Made by a program: the position numbers and the translations under genes
Shown here: piece by piece, positions 63,082-64,000 of the stretch
Layout of the letters: each line of letters begins with the position of its first letter
Position numbering within the stretch: position 1 is the first letter of the stretch
Notes under the pieces: model-generated
Told to the model about the DNA's origin: nothing
Databases searched by the model: none
The model's input: only the letters and a program-made list of their open reading frames with translations
Assembly (NCBI GenBank): GCA_012295275.1
Contig: CM022677.1
Location: forward strand, 21,452,001-21,516,000
Source of the DNA: Chrysomallon squamiferum
Lineage: Eukaryota > Animalia > Mollusca
Length of the DNA stretch: 64,000 nt
Reading direction: 5' to 3'

Positions 63082-64000
63082 TTATTATTGTTATTATTAT
63101 TACTTTTCTAAATAAACTACAGAACTAGAATCACTTATAAACAAGGTGACTGTTTTTTATTTGCTTGTCAGCTTTGTGAGAGAACGAACGACGACAAGAA
63201 AACCGACTGCTGATCTCATTCATCCATCCGTCTGTTTGTCTATCTATCTGTCTATCTATCTATCTATCTATCTATCTGTCTCTCTGTCTATCTGTCCATC
63301 TGTCTGTCTGTCTGTCTGTCTCTCTGTCTATTGATCCAACCGTCCATCCACTTGTCTACTTATCTATCTTTCACTCCGACTCTCTCTATAGCTACCGTAC
63401 GTCCTTCTGTCTGTTTGTTTGTCTCCATCTATCTGTCCAATAATATATCTGTCCGTCCTGTCTCTCTGTCTTTCTGTCCATCTGACAGTCCGTCTGCCTG
63501 TCTGGTACAAGAGAAATAAACTTCAGAAATGATGATGATGATAATAATAACAACAATAACAACCACCACAATAGTAATAATAATAGTATAATAATAACAT
63601 AATAACAAAAACAATATAATAATAATCATAATAGGAAAAGCAATAACAACAACAACTACAATAATAATAATAATAATAATAATCATAATAATAATAATAA
63701 TAATAATAAGAATATAATAATAATAATAATAATAGTCATAATAATAATAATAAAAGGAATAAATTAATAACAAGAAAAAACAACAAAAAAAAAAACAAAA
63801 AACATAAGAAAACAATAAATAAAAACAACAAAACAAAACAATCCCCCAAAAAACCCCAACAACAACAAAATCTCAACAAAAACAAAACAACCAACAGCAA
63901 CACACAACAAACAACAACAACAACGACAACAACAAAACAACCCATATGTTTTTTGTTTTTATCGTACTGAAGAAAATATTAAATATTTTCTCGACGTTGC

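Overview
This is eukaryotic, AT-rich, microsatellite-saturated animal DNA, probably lophotrochozoan or mollusc (inferred from a perlucin-like lectin and the repeat landscape). Most ORF-track entries are microsatellite artefacts. Four spliced genes were reconstructed by hand from GT-AG boundaries and exon phases. (1) The 5' part of an unknown minus-strand gene beginning MGCVVSS (myristoyl/palmitoyl-type N-terminus, Q/P-rich, then coiled-coil-like), running off the left edge. (2) MGAT1/GnT-I on +, 11 coding exons at 22642-37061, about 444 aa, with one exon corrupted. (3) A KIAA1328/hinderin-like gene on - at 45737-57940, with a missing or garbled exon and frameshifts. (4) A secreted single-domain C-type lectin on + at 59718-62854 with WPD/WND motifs. 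The most striking observation is in MGAT1: at least five of ten coding introns begin with tandem copies of the upstream exon's 3' end plus its splice donor (2 to about 20 copies). One such array parses as repeated 65-nt GT..AG mini-introns plus 14-nt micro-exons. Several acceptors also sit at the end of tandem arrays. No prokaryotic systems, CRISPR arrays, RNA genes or coding transposons were recognised.
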